From NCBI GenBank assembly GCA_964035545.1, contig OZ037773.1, forward strand, positions 2,509,751 to 2,573,750: a stretch of 64,000 bases of DNA, given 5' to 3'. The notes beneath the pieces were generated by a model. The model made no database searches and was not told where the DNA came from. It saw nothing but the letters and a program-made list of their open reading frames with translations. Position 1 is the stretch's first letter, and every line of letters starts with the position of its first letter. This DNA comes from Bugula neritina (taxonomy: Eukaryota > Animalia > Bryozoa). Of the stretch, positions 1-22,810 are shown piece by piece. Position numbers and translations under genes: made by a program.

Positions 1-308
1 TTGTACTGTGTCTCAGTATCTTCACTGTACACACTATACTGTGTCTCAGTGTCTTCACTGTACACACTATACTGTGTCTCAGTGTTGTCACTGTACACAC
101 TATACTGTGTCTCAGTGTTGTCACTGTACACACTATACTGTGTCTCAGTATCTTTACTGTACACACTATACTGTGTCTCAGTGTCTTCACTGTTCACACT
201 ATACTGTGTCTCGGTGTCTTCACTGTACACACTATACTGTGTCTCAGTGTCCTCATTGTACACACTATACTCTGTCTCAGTGTTGTCACTCTACACACTA
301 TACTGTAG
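1..308. repeat. 33-bp minisatellite, ~9 copies, ending at a splice acceptor
   Basis: Unit TACTGTGTCTCAGTGTCTTCACTGTACACACTA. Confidence 0.95.
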
Positions 309-3300
309 GTTTACCAAGGTGCATACCACCTGGTGGGATTTGGTCGGGCTGGTCCACCTGGACTTCTTGTGGCGTGCCGTGTGGTAGTAATGGATTTCGG
401 AAGCGCTACAGAAGCTGTGAGATGGACACAGGATGTGCTGGTAAAGGGGAGATGACTGAGAGCTGTAGGGGTGTTCCATGTGAGGGGGAGGATAGGGGGT
501 ATGTCATATCCAGATATCTTGTAATATGAATATCTTTCACATTCATCCCATTGAAACTCAATAATGAAGTATTTTGTTGTGTTGCCCTTTGTTACATAAA
601 TCACGTTGTATCAGCAATACTGAAGCTTTAACACCCTATGATTGTAGAAAGGAATATATTTTATAATTACTGTTTTTTTTAAGATGAAGATATGCCAAGA
701 AAGGGCTGTAATACTATAATTATTGCGCTTAGTTATAAGTCATTTGTATAAATGAGTTATAATAGCAACAATAAACCTTTAACACCATTTGAATAAGTCA
801 TTTAATTTAGAAACGAATGATTTACACAATCCATGTTTACTGTACCATGAAGCTATGCCAAGAAAGGGATGTAACACTTTCGTTTTGACAATTATCTACA
901 ATTCCAGTTTACTTTTGAACTGAAAACCTTGACACCCCCCAATAAGTGAGAAGTTGATTGTTAGACTGTGGCCCATCTGTTCTAGCAAACCAGATGAGGT
1001 CGGGTGGACCAGTTGCTCAGTCACTTGTGGTGCGGGACTCCAGTTCTACCGCCCATCCGGCTCCAAATTATCCAGAAAGTGCAGGACTACACCCTGTGAT
1101 GGTATGAAGACCTCCTTTACTCTTCCAGTATCATATGCGTTCTTATTAATAATAACCATGTAGAAGCTTATGTACATATGCGTGCTTGAGCTTGCTAAAT
1201 AATATACAATGTACTACCATCACTAAGTAAATTCAATATATTGAAATGTTCTGTGTAATACGAGTATAACACTGCATGGGGTTCTGTATCTAGCAGTCAC
1301 TTTGCCTCAGTTCTACTGAAATTGTACTAGACTCTTCTCATAGCCTCAGTTCATTAAACGTAGCCTTTTTCCCTATATAGTTGTATTTTATTGTTTCAAA
1401 ATGTATTTATATTCCATTCTTATGTTTAGCTTCCTTTCCTAGGTTTAGCCTTCTGGCAGCAGTGGAAGTCGTGGGGCGCGTGTACCGTCACATGTGGGGC
1501 AGGTGTTAGACTTAGGTCCAGGACTTGTGTTTCCCCGCAACCTTCTTTGTCGTGTAAAGGTGATGGCATTCGGACAGAGGGCTGTACTATTCCTTGTAGA
1601 ATGTCTTTCTCAGAGGGTATGTGTTTACTATGCTATAGCATACTGTATGTATTTGATATGCTATAGCATGCTCTATGCTATAGCATGCTCTATGCTATAG
1701 CATAGTAAATACATACAGTATGCTACTATAGCATACTGTATGCCTAGGGCCACACGGTGCGTATTTTCGCATGCGAAAATTGAAATCACAAGTAGCAAAG
1801 GTGTCCACTGTGCGCGTTGAGAAAACATTCGCACTTGTCGCTCTGCATTTTCAACGCAAGTGCGAATCGTCTCTGTCGTCGTCACCTAATTGGCTGGTAG
1901 TTATTCAGCGAGCCCAATTTCTTTATTTTAGTGTTACATTCCAGTAAATTGCGTTTTATTGAAAGCGAGTGCGATTTAAAAATGAATGCTTTATTTATCA
2001 CGCATCACTGACGCTACAGTGGACACCTTTGCTACTCGTGATTTTAATTTTCGCATGCGAAAATACGCACCGTGTGGCCCTGGGCTAAGTCTTTACTATG
2101 CTATAGCATTCTGTATACATGCATTTACTATGTTATAGTATACTATATGTGTTTAGTATGCTATAGAAGGCTCTATGCTATAGCTTACTGTGTGCTATAA
2201 CATGCTCTGTGCTATAGCTTACTGTGTGCTATAGCATACATTATCCTATAGTATACTATATGCTATAGCATGCTGTATGCTATAGTAATTATGATTGAAC
2301 TCAACATCCTGTAGATTCATCGAGTGGCCGACAACCAGTTGGTACTCTCGTCTCCAACTCACTCACCGACTCTGCTGTCTCAAGCTCTCAGGTGAAGGAG
2401 GTAGGAAGTGTGTGGACTTCCTGGTCTGACTGGTCGGCTTGTTCCGTCAGTTGTGGTGTCGGCATAGAAACCAAGTTCAGAAAGTGTAAGACCCGTTGCT
2501 ATGGTGATGCACAGCAGAGACGTCCCTGTGTCAAGGACACATGTGATTCGGGTATGACAACTCCAACTTCATATACATACATTCGGGAATTGCCAAGTCA
2601 TTTCTGCTAAGCACCTCCCAATCCGTTGCTCTCAAGTGCAAAAGGAAATATAAGAGTTTGGCTAACCTCTATATGTCTTACAATATCACTGATTCAGTTC
2701 TTCTAAACCTTTAGGTTTGCTTTTAGCATTTGGTTTGGTTTAAAACTGAAAAATAATTTTCTCTGCTTTTTCCTTGCATTTACTTTCAGTTGTTTCATGA
2801 GAATTATTTCTATTTTCATTCATTATTTTAACTCTTTTTCTAGAAAATGTTGCGTTTTCCGAGAGACTTCTGGAGGGGGACTCAATGGAGTTGAGGTGTC
2901 CCGTGGAGGACAGCGACACGGAGCACGTCATCTGGGTTTCTCCGGACGGGCAGAAGATTGACGCCGATTCTCAAGACGAGAGGTTGAGTGGTACTTGTGT
3001 TTAGAGAGATGTTCAAGTGGTACTTGTGTTTAGAGAAATTTTCAAGTGGTACTTGTGTTTAGAGAGATGTTCAAGTTGTACTTGTGTTTAGAGAGATGTT
3101 CAAGTTGTACTTGTGTTTAGAGAGGAGATATGTTCAGGTAGTACTTGTGTTTAGAGAAATGTTCAAGTTGTACTTGTGTTTAGAGAGATGTTCAAGTAGT
3201 ACTTGTGTTTAGAGAGGAGATATGTTCAAGTTGTAACTGTGTTTAGAGAAATGTTCAAGTTGTACTTGTGTTTAGAGAAATGTGCAGGGTTCAAGTTGTA

Positions 3301-6300
3301 CTTGTGTTTAGAGAAATGTTCAAGTTATACTTGTGTTTAGAGAGATGTTCAAGTTGTACTTGTGTTTAGAGAAATGTGCAAGGTTCAAGTTGTACAAAGG
3401 AGAGCTCATCCTTCTTCCGTAATTTGGGAAGAACCGGGATTGACTTCAATTTGCCTTCAGAAATGATTTGATTTTTCTTTGGTTTTAACTTGACAGTTAA
3501 AATTATTTTTTCTTGGTATTCAAATAATCATTTGCAGGTGTTTTAGAGACATCTTATCTGTAGGAAGGTTTGGTGCCATGAAGTAGATAGTTATTGTATC
3601 TTGTAAAAAGTTAATCATTACATTCATGTGTATATACGCTATATAATAAGCATCGAATTGATGTTTATTTATGGATTTTGTTTCAAACTCAGCTCAAAAA
3701 ATGTTGATTCCTCACCTGATATTTCCAATGACTCTGATATGACATGTTCCACTAACACATCATGCGAACCAGGTTTTAGCTGCTTTCTCACTAATCAGAT
3801 CAGCTTTAGTTTCACTCAGCGTCTCTTGTAGATTCCAGCTGGTCGGCAGCACCCTGGAGATCGTGGATGCCGGCCGAGCGTCTATCGGCACGTATCACTG
3901 CATAGTGACTCACAGTGACACGGGGCTAGTCAAGTCCGGTGATATCAGTCTGGGTAAGGGGTTCTCAGTCTAACAGACTAGTCTTTACTTCTGCGTAACT
4001 TAGCTTCTGTATCGCAGTTTGTGTAGATTCGTATGAAGGGTAGACAACTTCACCCTAGTTGGATTCTACTGCCACCTAATCTCATCCTTATAAGTTGTGA
4101 GTTAAGTTAAAGTTTAGTACATAACTCTGATACTGAAATACCAGGGTTGGGGTCAATTACATATGAATGTAATTAATAACAATTGCAATTACTTGAAAAT
4201 TTGTCAATTACAATTATAATTACATGGTAATGTAATTAATTGCAATTACAGTTACTTTTGTTCTCACAAGGAATAAATAGAAATTATATAATCTCACTTC
4301 TGTGATCCAACTACCAGGGGTGATTTTAACAGTGGACACCCTCCTTAGTTCTCAACAGTGATTAATAGAGCGACACAGCACTGCATTTAATTATTCTGAA
4401 CTTTTTACTAATCAGTAGGCATGGTAGGAAAAGTATGAATTTTATAAGGTTTAAAAATTTGAAGTAATTGATATGTAATGATAAAGTAATTATAAAAATC
4501 AATTACATTAGCTGTGTAATTAATTACAATTAAAATTATATTATTATACATTAATTACAAATTACATTCAAATAATTGAAAAAATGTAATTAATTACAAC
4601 TAATTACAATTACCTGAATGCTGAATACATAGGTCATCATGTGAATACACTGTAATGAATTCGAAGACTGTACATATTACATAATTCACGAAGTTATTAA
4701 AGCATTTGTGGAAATTGGAAAGTTTGTAAGAACCAATTCCATTGACTGAAAGCTGCGGGTGGAGTAGAATTAGCGCAGTTATTATCAATCAAGTATTTTC
4801 TTATTTATGATTTTGTAGCCGTGACAACGTGCGACTCGTTGCCATGTAAACACGGGGGCTCTTGTGAGGAGACGCCTAATGAGATCATACCATGGCTAGC
4901 CTTCACCTGTCACTGTCCTAAAGGCACTGTCGGCACTTTTTGTGAGCTCAAGCTATCTTGTAAGTCTATGTGTCACTCGTTCATTGGCTGAAATTTTGTT
5001 TAATATTCTGTAGACAGTGCCCAGTTCTGTATATATTACCATATATTACATTTGCAAACAGTACCCAGTTCTGTTTATATTACCAACTAATATATTTTAG
5101 AATGTACCCAGTTCTGTATACAATACCAACTGTTATATTTATAGATAGTACTCAGTTATGTATATATTGTAATCTATTAAATTTATAGATAGTACCCAGT
5201 TCTGGATACTCACAGTGATCATATTTGGCTGCTCTCTCTTCTGTCTCTGTTTCACTGTCTTCACTCTCTCCTGGAAGGAACAACATGAAGATCATGGAGG
5301 TGACACTCTCAACATCAGAGAGTACTTCAATCAGTTGTGAGTCATAGTTAGACTAACAGTAGATTAGAGTCAGTATATCTCAGTTAGAGTTAGACTATCA
5401 GTAGATTAGAGTCAGTATATCTCAGTTAAAGTTAGACTATCAGTAGATGAGTGTCAGTATGTCTCATTTAGTGTTAAACTATCAGTAGATGAGTGTCGGT
5501 ATATCTCAGTTAGAGTTAGACTATCAGTAACTGAGTGTCAGTATATCTCAGTTAGAGTTAGACTATCAATAGATGAGTGTCAGTATATCTCAGTTGAAGT
5601 CAGAGTTAGATTCAAACTATGAGTTAATAGATTTTAATAAATCTGTAGAGTTACACCTGGTTTATGAGATTATCTGTTCAACAGGTTGATTGATTATGGC
5701 TGTAAGATGGAACCACCAACAACAACCTGGAAAGGAGAGGGTTAGTTTATTATAATAATTGTATTGAAAATTGTCTAAATTTATGTTAGTTAGTTTCAAA
5801 TACCTACAGGCTACAGCCTAATCTATCACATTATCCCATGCCTATGACGTACACTTATATGCCTCTAGTCAGTTATGCCGGCGTTTCATACCATTTTATT
5901 ATTTTTATCTAGTATTGTTGTCATTTTTCTTCTATTCTGACCATTCTTTTATAAAACCTATGATTCAACCTAAAGTTATCTTTATTATCATTATATACTG
6001 ATATAAGGAAGTTATTCCTTTTGGAAATTTTATTTACTGTGAAGTTCCTTTAAATTTCTATTGTTGAAATTTGTTTATAAAATTTTACCCAAAAATTATG
6101 TCTTTTCACCTGAAGAATATTCTTTTAGTTCTATGTTCGAAAATATTGATTTATGGGTGTGACAACTCCATATTACTCATTTTGTATTTTCATGACACAC
6201 TTGAGTTTCAATACGATAACGAGACACACAGTATGTTATTTTGCAGACGTTGTTCGAATTGATGTCTCGCGGCCGGAAGGTTCTGGATGGTTGTCTAGAA

Positions 6301-7574
6301 TTTGTCGCTGTCTCCAGTTCAACAGACGTCCCAAACCGGAGTTTGGAGATTATCCAACCGACTTTGACGAGGCTATGAATCAGTTTGGGGGAGACGACTA
6401 CAGTTCCACTGAATATTCTTCCGTACGTAACTTTTCTCAGTATGGTGTGTGACTGTACCATATTTGTCCTGGAGTTTAGACTAGCATATTGCGAGTTGTA
6501 AATTTAGCTATTATAAATATTATTATATTGCGCCATTTTGTCTATTCAAGGATGAAGAAGAACAAACAGAAAGTGGGGCTGAAAACGAAGATTCTGGCTC
6601 TTACTTACCACCTCCCCGTACGTATTAGTTCTGGTGGTCATAGCTCAACATGATTCAGGATTGAGTAAATGTGTGCGTGCGCAAGAGTGAGTGCGTGCGC
6701 AAGAGTGAGTGCGTACGCAAGAGTGAGTGCGTGCGCAAGAGTGAGTGAGTGAGTGAGTGAGTGAGTGAGTGAGTGAGTGAGTGAGTGAGTGAGTGAGTGA
6801 GTGAGTGAGTGAGTGAGTGAGTGAGTGAGTGAGTGAGTGAGTGAGTGAGTGAGTGAGTGATGCACTCTGTGACTCATTGTTCTCTCGACTCACCAACAAT
6901 GTTACAAACTTGCTCTCTGTATGTGCACATTGTATCTGTTGCAAGCATACACAAATTATGGGTATTAGAATCTATTGTACACAAGATGGAAGTATGGAAA
7001 TATTTAGTGTGTACTATTTCTTGTTGTTTCACTCACATTCATTGCCTTGTATTAAAATTTCTAGCTGTTGATTTCAATGACTATGCCGGCGAGATGGCAA
7101 ATGTAGATGACGTCATGCAAGCAAACAATCCAGTTGGAAAAAAGAGTTTACAGTCCGAGTATCCGTTTGATCAGGTATTTTGCCACACCAGTCCATTGAA
7201 TAGTCTGATTTCTTAGTTAGTGCTTGTCAAAGCGATTATTCTCTTCCATCAAATTTTTGAATATTGAATAATACCCGAGGTTGTTAATATAATTGTATTG
7301 TTGCAAGTCATTTACTGAGAAAGTTTGTTAAACTAACAATTTGAAGCTGTGTACAATTGATTCAGAAAGAAAAGGGAGATAAATCGGGTGTTTACGGGCT
7401 TCATACTTGATTGTATTAATATTTGAAGTTTTGCCACATAAAATAGCTGTAAAAGTTGTGTACTTGGATTAGGATGAAGACGATGAATATGAAGAAGGAA
7501 GTACCACCACAGTTGGCACAATTGGCACTCTTGGAACTGCGGTTAACTCGGATGCAAGCTCTAGTGATGATTAA
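309..7574 (+). CDS. Type I transmembrane protein, 5'-partial: at least 4 thrombospondin type-1 repeats, Ig-like domain, EGF domain, TM helix, ~190 aa acidic cytoplasmic tail
   Basis: 13 phase-compatible GT-AG exons: 309-498, 965-1101, 1443-1616, 2315-2551, 2844-2982, 3832-3953, 4819-4959, 5189-5336, 5685-5740, 6247-6422, 6551-6617, 7065-7174, 7473-7574 (TAA). TSP1 motifs WSGWSTWTSCGVPCG, WQQWKSWGACTVTCG and WTSWSDWSACSVSCG. Ig: ELRCP..VIWVSPDG..LEI..GTYHC. EGF: CDSLPCKHGGSC..CHCPKGTVGTFC. TM: FWILTVIIFGCSLFCLCFTVFTL. AATAAA at about 7742. Confidence 0.85.
1617..2285. repeat. Degenerate TATGCTATAGCA tandem repeat, interrupted by a MITE
   Basis: Repeated tatgctatagca units start at the exon donor and resume after the MITE. 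Confidence 0.85.
1742..2085. mobile_element. MITE (~344 bp), PIF/Harbinger-like
   Basis: TIRs of about 65 bp: GCC(T/C)AGGGCCACACGGTGCGTATTTTCGCATGCGAAAATT..AGTAGCAAAGGTGTCCACTGT. Flanks TAT/TAA suggest a 3-bp TSD with one mismatch. Inserted into the TATGCTATAGCA repeat. Confidence 0.8.
2976..3395. repeat. ~29-bp minisatellite starting at a donor site
   Basis: Unit GAGAGATGTTCAAGTTGTACTTGTGTTTA, ~13 copies. Confidence 0.95.
4142..4623. mobile_element. Degenerate non-autonomous DNA transposon (hAT-like MITE)
   Basis: Left end CAGGGTTGGGGTCAATTAC. Both subterminal regions are packed with AATTAC/GTAATT motifs. The right end is degenerate (..AATTACCTGAATGCTG). AATAC lies on both flanks. Confidence 0.45.
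5005..5205. repeat. ~44-bp minisatellite whose last unit contains the TM-exon acceptor
   Basis: CCCAGTT/CTCAGTT core at 5021, 5064, 5107, 5151, 5195. Confidence 0.85.
5337..5610. repeat. 42-bp minisatellite starting at a donor site
   Basis: GTC(A/G)GTAT at 5369, 5411, 5453, 5495, 5537, 5579. Confidence 0.9.
6670..6860. repeat. 18-bp repeat x4 followed by a (GAGT)n microsatellite
   Basis: GTGAGTGCGTGCGCAAGA units, then about 30 GAGT. Confidence 0.95.
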
Positions 7575-9419
7575 AGATTACGTGTATCGTATAGGAGTAA
7601 TGTGTTATAATAGGATTACAATCAAAGTTGCACAACTGCTTGTACTACCAATTTTTCACTCAATACTTTCAACTGGAGTTTGTAAATATAAAATTGCAAA
7701 ATATATAGTTGATGAAAAACCTAAATCAGCTGGTTTTTGCTAATAAAATAAAAATAATTTAATTTAAACGTCTCATTTTTTATCTTCTTGCCAATTAAAA
7801 CAAATCCTCTTCAACATCCACAGCATAATATTATTAAAATATTGCAGCTTAAAAGTATAAAATGAATTTCTGATCACAGTCTCTAACTGTTGGTTTATAC
7901 TGATTATAAGTGTACAAAACTATAGAAAACATTACAATGTTGTTGAAAACAAACTTCCCTAGTTCTAGCTGCACACTATATGACAATGCACCAATATCTA
8001 AACTTTCTGTCCACTTATTTAGGTTTTCATAGGCTAGGTAGCTTAGAATATTATTTTATAATCCAATAGAAGATCATAAAATACTCATTAATTAAACAAT
8101 TTAAATATTCCAAGCATAAGCTTTTTATAAAAGTAATGAAATGCTCTTTCCATCTGGAGTTATCCCATCTATTACACCTGATATACGCACATACTAGATG
8201 CAAGTAATAAGCATATAATACGTTGCAGCAGGCGGATATAGTATGCCTTAATTATCTAGAGTTGTCCTCTACTTTTTCACTACTTGCTCATCACCATGGC
8301 TAGAGGACATTTAGTTAGTAAGCACAGTGGGGGAAGATTCGTATGTCTAGTTTCACTCTAAGAATGTATTGATTAGTTGGCAATAAAAAATATTTCAAAA
8401 CGTTTTTAACATAGTAAGTAGATGTTTTAAAACTTTTGCTAGAGTCTTGACAAATGAAATTGTTATTGAAAGCACTTATTGTACAAATATTCTGCTTGAA
8501 ATCTCTTACATTGTGACTTCACCATATTCTACCAGAATTTCCTTTGTACAAAAAAGTGGTTTCTTTAGAGAATATTTTATTTATTTATCAATATGTCTTG
8601 CCAGTTATTTCTGAAAATAAATACTCTTATGCTTGTTCCACAACCAATGTTGCTATGATTAAACTGCTTTATTGAGTGAGAATATGTACTGCTGTCGAAA
8701 GAGCTGTCCAAGTTCTAGTGGTTAGAGCACTGGCTTAGAAAACACATTGGCAGTGGTTTGAGAGACAGCAATGCATACTTGAGTTTTTTTGTATTTTCTG
8801 CTGTCCATTTGTTGGGTGTATATTATTGCTGTTGAAACCTTAGTTATACATGGGTACACAACTTTTCGTCCTTGAAAGTAATTCGGTATTTTGAAACTAA
8901 CTGGTGCATTAGTGTTAATGTCCTATGAGACAAAAATAATACAATCAGTTCACCTGGGTCTTTATTAGTTCACTTTCTGACTGAGACTTCAAGCATTTAT
9001 AACTTTGTAAATGAACACAAGTTACCCTTTTTTCTACTGATACGCATCCCTATTTTTCGAGCTTTAATGCCACTGCAAGTTATTCAATCTGTGTAAAATA
9101 CCTTATAGTATTGTATCAAGTACCAAGTATAGTAAACTTTGGTTAGATATTTTCACTACTTTACATCATTATAAAAGCTTCATATACAAGGTTTGAAATA
9201 CGATGGAGAAGCTATTTGCTAAAATTTTACGAAAAACGCTTGTCTGCATGTATATCACTCCTGATTATAAACGTAAACATAGACACAATTTACTATAATA
9301 TTTTGTTCTTATTAACATAGACATAGTAGCAGACGTATGGAATTGTCACAGAAAAAAGTGTAGAACTAGATTCGCCTGCTCAAGCTGTCAGTTTATCAGT
9401 GACTCATGACATCATTGTC

Positions 9420-18852
<9,433 letters not shown>

Positions 18853-21265
18853 AATGATTGCCTAACTATAAAAAGACTGATCGAATAAACTACCATGCTT
18901 AATTTGTAAACATAAGGTAGAAAAATTGTAAAATTAAGACTGATCAGTGAATTGAAGAGGTCGTTGCATCAAATATGTATGGAATATTTAATTAGTCCTG
19001 TTTTCATATGGCCATCCACACACACAAACACAAACACGCACGAACACACACCACCTTGCTTGTCACTTAAGCAAGGAATTAGCAGCCTGTTGGAGCTTTA
19101 CAACAAAAGTAATTCAATTGAAATATAACTCCTATCTAAAACCTAACTAGTTTTACTTCTGTGTATAAGTACCGCTGAACAACTTGCAAATACAAGGCAC
19201 TGAATGATTTCAAGGATATTTATTTAGGTTTGACTTCAGGGTGAAGTTATGCACTCTATGAGCAGACAACTCTTAAACTATAATCCTGGTAATATTTATG
19301 TAATTGTAATCAGCTCCATAGCATTGTAACATTTATGAGGAATTATTTGAAACCTATAAAACATTTAACTAATGGTATATACTCATGCAGAGTGTATCCA
19401 AAGTAAAGACAGCTAGTCACTAAATTGTATTTATGACATATATAACTCTTGTAATTTAATTTGTTATTGAAAATAATATTTGACAAATTTCATGCAAATA
19501 TTATGTAAATATTTGCTATCTATAGTAACAAATTTTACTTAAGTTAAATATCGGAAATTATACATTTTCTAGCTGCATCAAGTGACACATTGCCTTGCAT
19601 GCATACATACCATACCATAATTGTAATTATATGCTATAAAGAACACGTGCTAGCACCTGCGCATCTTGTATTTTATATATCTGCATATTATAGCTAATTA
19701 TTTCCATCTAACATACTATCAGTATAATAGTATAGTCTGACACTTATGGCAATCAATTAAGTCAGGCTATGCTTTCTGACTCATGCAGTTAATGATTCAT
19801 ATACACTTATCCATTATGTAAAATAATTAAACACAACAGATCTGCACCTACAACTGATTGCTGTTTTTAACATTTATAGCAGATAATTAGTCATGGGCAG
19901 CACTTAACTGATTATTCAATACTAAAAACTCTTTGCCCAGATTGACTCAGCATTAAGCAAGGCAAGTGAATCTGTTCTGACATAATAATACATTTATTGA
20001 TTTCGTTGAACTGATGAAGCTTTTCTGAGTATTTTGGTAATTAATAATGATATTTAATAATAATAATTACAGTGTCTGATTTTTATTATAATGATTTAAA
20101 ATAAAATAGCTCAATTCACTATGTTGGCTATGAAAATTTGCATGCCCAAATTTAATTGGTAAACCAGCAAAATTTCGCATTATAAACAATCTTTCAGATG
20201 ATTTAAATGATAAGTCATATAGTTTATTCAAGCCAAGCTCCACATGTAAGCAAATTATATATTAAGCCAAAATTTCACATAGTCATTTTCGTTGTCCTAG
20301 GATTCCACAATTATATAATGATGAATTTTGACATAAACTGCTCAGGGTTAATCCCTTATCAGCCTCATGCAGCCAGTCTGCATTATATATTGTATTTTAG
20401 ATGATCTAGCACTGTGATCTACTATACCACAGAGTTATGTATTATAAAGCAGCATTGTAAGTGAAAGTGTTGATGTGTATAGCCAGATACATAATGCCAT
20501 AGCAGAAGAACAGGCTTTGTACTTTAGTAAATACAGAAAATTGTCTCATTGATTTCAATTGAAATAAATGTTTTTGAATTCAGGCAATGTTTGAACAAGA
20601 CTAATTAGGACTAGAAACCACAAAAAGCTATGGCGAATTTTCATATTCTCATATAAGTTGTATTGCTGTAAAGATTCTTCTGCTGCTAGCTTTTGTTATT
20701 TTCTTAAATGACCTTTATTTGACTCCCAGTGTTTATTGGGTCAGTCAGGCAAAGCTTGTTATTCTGTTTAACTGCACCAGTGTCAGGAAAAATATCCCTA
20801 TTAATATCGAATAACAGCTGTTGCAACTTGTATTGATGTTATATAATTAAGTAGGACTACAGCTGATCGAAGCGAGTTTGTTTGCTTTGTGAATAACATT
20901 ACTATTGAAATCTACTTCCGTTAGTAGCTGCAATACAATAGCATAATTGTTTACTCGACTGGGTATCAAGTACCAGGTCGTTGTAATCGCTGTAAACACT
21001 AAGGCTAATTCAGTGCAAAACATGTCCACGTGAGTAGTTTCGCAATAACTCACCAATGAATGGGCTTTTGTAGTCTGACAATATCCAATCCCATCGATTC
21101 AGAAACACCCTAGAAGCATGCTTTAATCTTCCTCGTGTTCATGTTGTATGCTGATGATTCATACTTCAAACTCTCGAATGTCTGGACTTGGTCAGCATGC
21201 ATTTAGACCACCAAGAGTTCGAAAATTACCCTAATTACAACACTATCACTCACACAGATTTGGAT

Positions 21266-21286
21266 ATGTACGACGACCAATCTATG
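21266..21286 (+). CDS. Candidate alternative first coding exon of the fos-like gene (MYDDQSM)
   Basis: ATG at 21266, 7 codons, donor ATG|gtacgt. Phase 0, so it is compatible with exon 24230. Confidence 0.45.
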
Positions 21287-22810
21287 GTACGTAAAACTAA
21301 ATGTATTTTCTCTACTAAAACGGTGAAAGTAAGCCAAAGTCTTTTGAGTTTTGAATGTAGATAAAAAAATCCTTCAAGTTTGACATAACTTAAAGTCCCT
21401 ACGGCTATTGCTAGCAACTAGAGCTAATTTCACTTGTCAGTGTCAGTAACACATCAACTGCTAACACTATGACTTTCAGTACAAAAAGTCAGTTTTAGTT
21501 ACATGCTTTCAGTTGCAGAGCTAGTTTTTGCTGGTAGCAAATATATTTTAGTATCAAGTTCAACTTTTCATTTTTCATCAAGTTTAACTTGGAAAAATTC
21601 AAATTATCAACTGATATTAATCATTATGGCACGGTAAAGCTATTAGTAAGTCATAATCACAATACTTATGTTCACTAGACTTGCTAATTTTTCAAATTTT
21701 CTAACAAATTCAAGGACACCTAATTTTATGATTACAATTTTGCATGCACTTGTAGTAATAACACTGGTAATACTAATAGTTTAGTATATGAGTAGTTCAA
21801 ATTGGAATTTGGTTCCATATTCACTCTGACTGGGCATTGTACTATCAATGTGACAGACAATTTATACTAGAATTATAATGAGCTCCAAGCAGTATCATCA
21901 TTACTAATTCGTTATGCTAATTGATATGGTTATTTGGAGAGCTGTATTCAGTAATAGTAATACTATACTTCAATAGTCAATATTAATTTATAATATTTAA
22001 TTATAAGCTTCATACTGATACAGTTCACGCCTTAAGTCAAGCAATATGACTAGTCTTTACTATGGTTATGATTTTAAGTATTTGAGTTGTAAGTGTGAAA
22101 ATTGCTGATTGTCACGTACTGCGAGCCATTTTAAGGTTGAAGCCTGTAACTTTAGTTGGCCAATAACGATATGAATATAATTGTACCATGAACTGAGTGA
22201 GCTTCAATACGATTGCAACATTTACATTTGACTGATTTAGCATTCTTGAGCATAGCTTAACCGTTTTGCATAATCGAAGCAGTAAAAGGTGCAATATGAT
22301 TTGCTCATCTGTCCTATTACATCAGTAAACCACGTTATTATACACGAATATCTATGGAATATGCTGCAAGCCATAACAAACACACAGGCCTTGAAATAAG
22401 TCATAATGAGTATAAATATCCCTGCAGCTAGGATATGAATCCGCCCGTGTGGATCGTGATTCAAGAGACAAAGAATGAGTGGGACAACAAACCTACAAGA
22501 AATGAATCCATCACTGCTCGCACATGGCACGCCATAGCATACTAACGTACTATATTATATTCATGTTGGATTGTTTACAACTTATTACTTGGCAATAACC
22601 CAGCATATGTCCATCGCAATTCAATTAAGGCAATCTACATGATGCAATTATATGATTGTCACTCCGTGATTGGATAAATAGTTATGAAAGGGATCGGATA
22701 ACTAACTGGCAATCACTCTTAAAACTCTGCCCAATGACAAAAGAACCTCTGGGATTTCCAACAAAGAAAGAGAGTCTACATTTTCACAAAGCTGACCGTG
22801 ATCTACACTT

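Noticed and set aside
1-308. Regularly spaced 29-44-bp repeats resembling CRISPR arrays
   Set aside because: Units are head-to-tail with no unique spacers, the context is eukaryotic introns, and there are no cas genes.
3832-5336. Ig-EGF-TM as a neuregulin/vein-like EGFR ligand
   Set aside because: The EGF has C-x4-C spacing, lacks the Arg before the last Cys (GTFC) and is encoded by one exon, unlike EGFR ligands.
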